Assembly: GCA_965368975.1 (NCBI GenBank)
Contig: CBDUPA010000004.1
Coordinates: 224,001 to 288,000, forward strand
Direction of reading: 5' to 3'
Length of the DNA: 64,000 bases
DNA from: an uncultured bacterium
Lineage (GTDB): Bacteria; Acidobacteriota; Thermoanaerobaculia; Multivoradales; JAHZIX01
Shown here: one piece after another, positions 61,159 to 64,000 of the stretch
Numbering within the stretch: position 1 is the stretch's first letter
Layout: each line of letters starts with the position of its first letter
Program-made: the position numbers and the translations under genes
The notes under the pieces: generated by a model
Told to the model about the DNA's origin: nothing
The model's database searches: none
What the model saw: only the letters and a program-made list of their open reading frames with translations

Positions 61159-63588
61159 TCACTCTGTCCGTAGCGCCGTCACGGGGTCGACCCGAGCGGC
61201 GCGGCGGGCCGGTACCAGGCAGGCGAGCGTTGCGACGGTGGTCAGCGTGATCGCGATCAGGGCGAAGATGCCCGGATCCCAGGGCTCGACCTGGTAGAGC
61301 AGGGCGGCGATCATCCGCGAGAGGCCGAGAGCCACGGGAATGCCCACGAGGAGGCCGAGAGCCAGTTGCTTCAGGCCCTGGGTGAGGACCATGCGCACCA
61401 CGTCGGCGCCGCGTGCGCCGAGAGCCATGCGCACGCCCAGCTCCTGGGTCCGTCGACGCACCGAGAAGGCCATCACGCCATAGAGACCCACCGCGGCCAG
61501 CAGCAGTGCGGCGGCGCCGAAGGCCGTGAACAACGAGCCGAAGACGTTGTAGAACCAGCCGCTGGCCAGGATCGCTGCGGCCAGTGATCTGAGGCCGGAT
61601 ACAGGCATGGTGGCGTCGAGCTCGCTGACTTGCTGGCGTACCATGGATGCCAGCTCCGAAGGTGGTGGCCCGGCACTCCGCAGCAGGATCGTGAAGCGCA
61701 GGTCGGGATTCTGTACTGCTGGCATGTACATGCCTTCGGGGAAGTCCTTGGTTTCCAAGCCGCCCATCATCAGATCCGGCACGACTCCGACGATGGTGCG
61801 CCAGGGATACTCGCCGGTGCTAGTGCCGGTGCCGATGCGCAGGCGCTCACCGAGCGGACTGCGGTCTTCGAAGTGCTTGCGGACGAAGCTCTGGTTGACC
61901 ACGACGACCGGTTGACTGTCCGCCGTGTCTGACGGTCGAAACACCCGGCCGGCGATGGGCTGTACACCGAGAACCTGGAAGAAATCGCCGGCGATGACGG
62001 CGCGGCGGGCAGTGGGGTGGTCGTGATCGTTGGCGTACGTCTTGCCCTCGAAGCCGAAGTAGTAGCGGCTGGTGCCCTGGGCGGGCGCGGCGGAGGTCAG
62101 AGCCGCCGCTGCGACGCCGGGTTGATGGCGCAGGCGTTCCAGCAGCTCCTCCTGCAGGCGGTTCCGGTCGGCGTCCTCGGCGTAGTCGCCGGCTTCCGGC
62201 GTCACGTCACCGATCAGCACCTCCTCGGTGTCGAAGACAAAATCGAGCTGCTGTAGCTGCACGACACTTTTGATCATCAGGCCGGCGGCTACCAGCAAGG
62301 CGCAAGAAAGGGCAATCTCGGCAATCACCAGGCCGCGGCTGAGTCTGCCCATACGCAGGCTCGATGAACCCCGGCCCTCGTCCTTGAGCGCAGCATTGGC
62401 GTCGGTACTTGCTGCTTGCAGTGCTGGCGCCAGGCCGGCGGCCAAGCAGGAGACGAGTGCCAATCCGAGGGCGAAGAGCAGCACTGTGGGGTCGAGGCGA
62501 ATGTCGATCCAGAACGGCGGGTCGGTGTCGATGATCGCTCTGCTGAAGGCAGTGATGCCGATGTGCGCGATGAGCAGGCCGAGGGCGCCACCGGCGATCG
62601 CCAGCAGGAGCGTCTCGGTCAGCAATTGACCTACGACGCGTCCCTTCGAAGCGCCCAGCGCTGAGCGCAGGGCCACTTCCTTGGTGCGCGCGGCGGTGCG
62701 GCTGAGCAGCAGGTTGGCGACGTTGGCACAGGCGACCAACAAGACCAACATGACCGCACCGAGCATGACGTAGAGCAAGCGTGGCGTCTCGCCGCCGATG
62801 AACTCCTCGACGTAGCTCTTGACCACTACGCCGACGCCTTCGTTGGTATCCGGGTACTGCTGTGCCAGGCGGCTGGCGATGGCGTTCATCTCTGCGCGTG
62901 CCTGAGCCGTCGAGACCCCGTCGCGCAAGCGACCAACGACCTCCAGCGTGCGGCCCTCACCACGCTGCAGGTCACTCAGATCGATCTGTAGCGGCCGCCA
63001 AACCTCCTGGAAAATCGGGAACTTGAACTTGGGCGGCATGATGCCGATCACGGTGACGTCCTGGCCGCTGAGGCGTACCTTGCGGCCGACGATGCCGTCG
63101 TCGCCAGCGAAGCGGTTCTGCCACAGGTCGAAGCCGAGCAGTGCCACCGGCTCGGCGTCCAGTTCGGCATCTTCGGCCGTCAAGTCGCGTCCCAGCTGCG
63201 GCTGAATGCCGAGCATGCGAAAGGTCTCGACATCGACACTCGCACCGCTCAGGCGTTCGGGCAGGTCCTCGGGACCGCTGAGGTTGTAGGACTCCATGTC
63301 GAACCCGATCAGCTGTTCGAACGACGTCTGCTGCGCCTGCCAGTCGAGGTAGTCGTGCTGCGGGACTTCGATGCTGACCGCGTTCTGCGTCTCGTTGCTG
63401 CGCTCCAGGTGTAACAGCTCGTGCGCGTCCGGGAACGGCAGGCCGCGCAGCAGGGCGCCCTGGACGATGCTGAACATGATGGTCGGCAGGCCGATGCCCA
63501 GGCCGAGGGCGAGGATGGCCATGAGGGACAGGCCGGGCTGCTTGCGCAGCATGCGCAGGCCATAGCGGACGTCGGTGAGGTAGCTCAT
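61159..63588 (-). CDS. ADOP duplicated ABC permease
   Basis: DVRYGLRML.K.PG, ACANVANLLL, E.ALR.ALGA and RTQELGVRMALGA. Confidence 0.92.
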   Translation of the reverse strand: MSYLTDVRYGLRMLRKQPGLSLMAILALGLGIGLPTIMFSIVQGALLRGLPFPDAHELLHLERSNETQNAVSIEVPQHDYLDWQAQQTSFEQLIGFDMESYNLSGPEDLPERLSGASVDVETFRMLGIQPQLGRDLTAEDAELDAEPVALLGFDLWQNRFAGDDGIVGRKVRLSGQDVTVIGIMPPKFKFPIFQEVWRPLQIDLSDLQRGEGRTLEVVGRLRDGVSTAQARAEMNAIASRLAQQYPDTNEGVGVVVKSYVEEFIGGETPRLLYVMLGAVMLVLLVACANVANLLLSRTAARTKEVALRSALGASKGRVVGQLLTETLLLAIAGGALGLLIAHIGITAFSRAIIDTDPPFWIDIRLDPTVLLFALGLALVSCLAAGLAPALQAASTDANAALKDEGRGSSSLRMGRLSRGLVIAEIALSCALLVAAGLMIKSVVQLQQLDFVFDTEEVLIGDVTPEAGDYAEDADRNRLQEELLERLRHQPGVAAAALTSAAPAQGTSRYYFGFEGKTYANDHDHPTARRAVIAGDFFQVLGVQPIAGRVFRPSDTADSQPVVVVNQSFVRKHFEDRSPLGERLRIGTGTSTGEYPWRTIVGVVPDLMMGGLETKDFPEGMYMPAVQNPDLRFTILLRSAGPPPSELASMVRQQVSELDATMPVSGLRSLAAAILASGWFYNVFGSLFTAFGAAALLLAAVGLYGVMAFSVRRRTQELGVRMALGARGADVVRMVLTQGLKQLALGLLVGIPVALGLSRMIAALLYQVEPWDPGIFALIAITLTTVATLACLVPARRAARVDPVTALRTE

Positions 63589-63714
63589 GAGGATTCATCT
63601 CCACGGGTCGTGATCAGATCTTCACTACCTAGGACGTCGCTCAGCTGTCAGATGTTCCACTTCCGGGGCAGAGTCATCATCAGACGGCGCAAGGGGGTTC
63701 CTCGCGGGAGTCCC

Positions 63715-63999
63715 TTAGAACTGGAAGCCGATCGAGGCCAACCAGCCCCGGAAGTCACCGCGCTGCAAGGGGCGGTTGGTCGCTTCGTTCTCTTCCCAGT
63801 TGAGCTTCAACACCCACTGGTGGCTGGGTCGGAAGCTGAGGCCGAACGTCGTGCGACGTTCTTCGTTGCGTTCGAAGCTACCGTCCAGGGGGCCCTCGAC
63901 CTCGGCCTTGTCGAACTGGGCGACGAGGTCGAGGGAGGCGTCGGGGAAGAGCCGACCGAAGGAGCTGTCGCGGCGCCAGGCACCGGGGGTGACGTCCAG
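63715..63999 (-). CDS. Outer-membrane beta-barrel/porin-like protein, C-terminal fragment
   Basis: Manual translation gives ...RRTTFGLSFRPSHQWVLKLNWE...GWLASIGFQF*, with alternating beta strands and a terminal Phe. Not in the ORF track. Confidence 0.7.
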   Translation of the reverse strand: MDVTPGAWRRDSSFGRLFPDASLDLVAQFDKAEVEGPLDGSFERNEERRTTFGLSFRPSHQWVLKLNWEENEATNRPLQRGDFRGWLASIGFQF

Positions 64000-64000
64000 G

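Overview
High-GC bacterial chromosome segment, most likely Acidobacteriota (Thermoanaerobaculia-like). That call is inferred from two ADOP-type duplicated ABC permeases, an acidobacterial-style VWFA protein and overall gene style. It holds about 44 CDS and one tRNA-Pro(CGG). No integrase, transposase, CRISPR array or rRNA was seen. Housekeeping genes: infC with a probable AUA start, giant greA, truD, rtcB, def, rlmH, dksA-like, holA-like and two beta-oxidation loci. Candidate under-described systems: (1) an operon of a receiver fused to a CxxC-less thioredoxin-reductase-like domain, a Kef-type antiporter fused to a UBP-type zinc finger, a soluble cNMP-binding histidine kinase and an NCS2 purine permease; (2) a Ser/Thr kinase, secreted TPR-like protein, coiled-coil OmpA lipoprotein and RtcB run, followed by an AT-rich island and an 805-aa ECF sigma-TPR fusion overlapping truD; (3) two paralogous helical-repeat proteins flanking RodZ, followed by DnaJ-TPR and PP2C; (4) an NTF2-like protein coupled to an ADOP permease under a palindrome-overlapped TATAAT promoter; (5) a stand-alone HzsA-like monoheme protein. 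All family calls come from motif recognition by eye; no searches were run.
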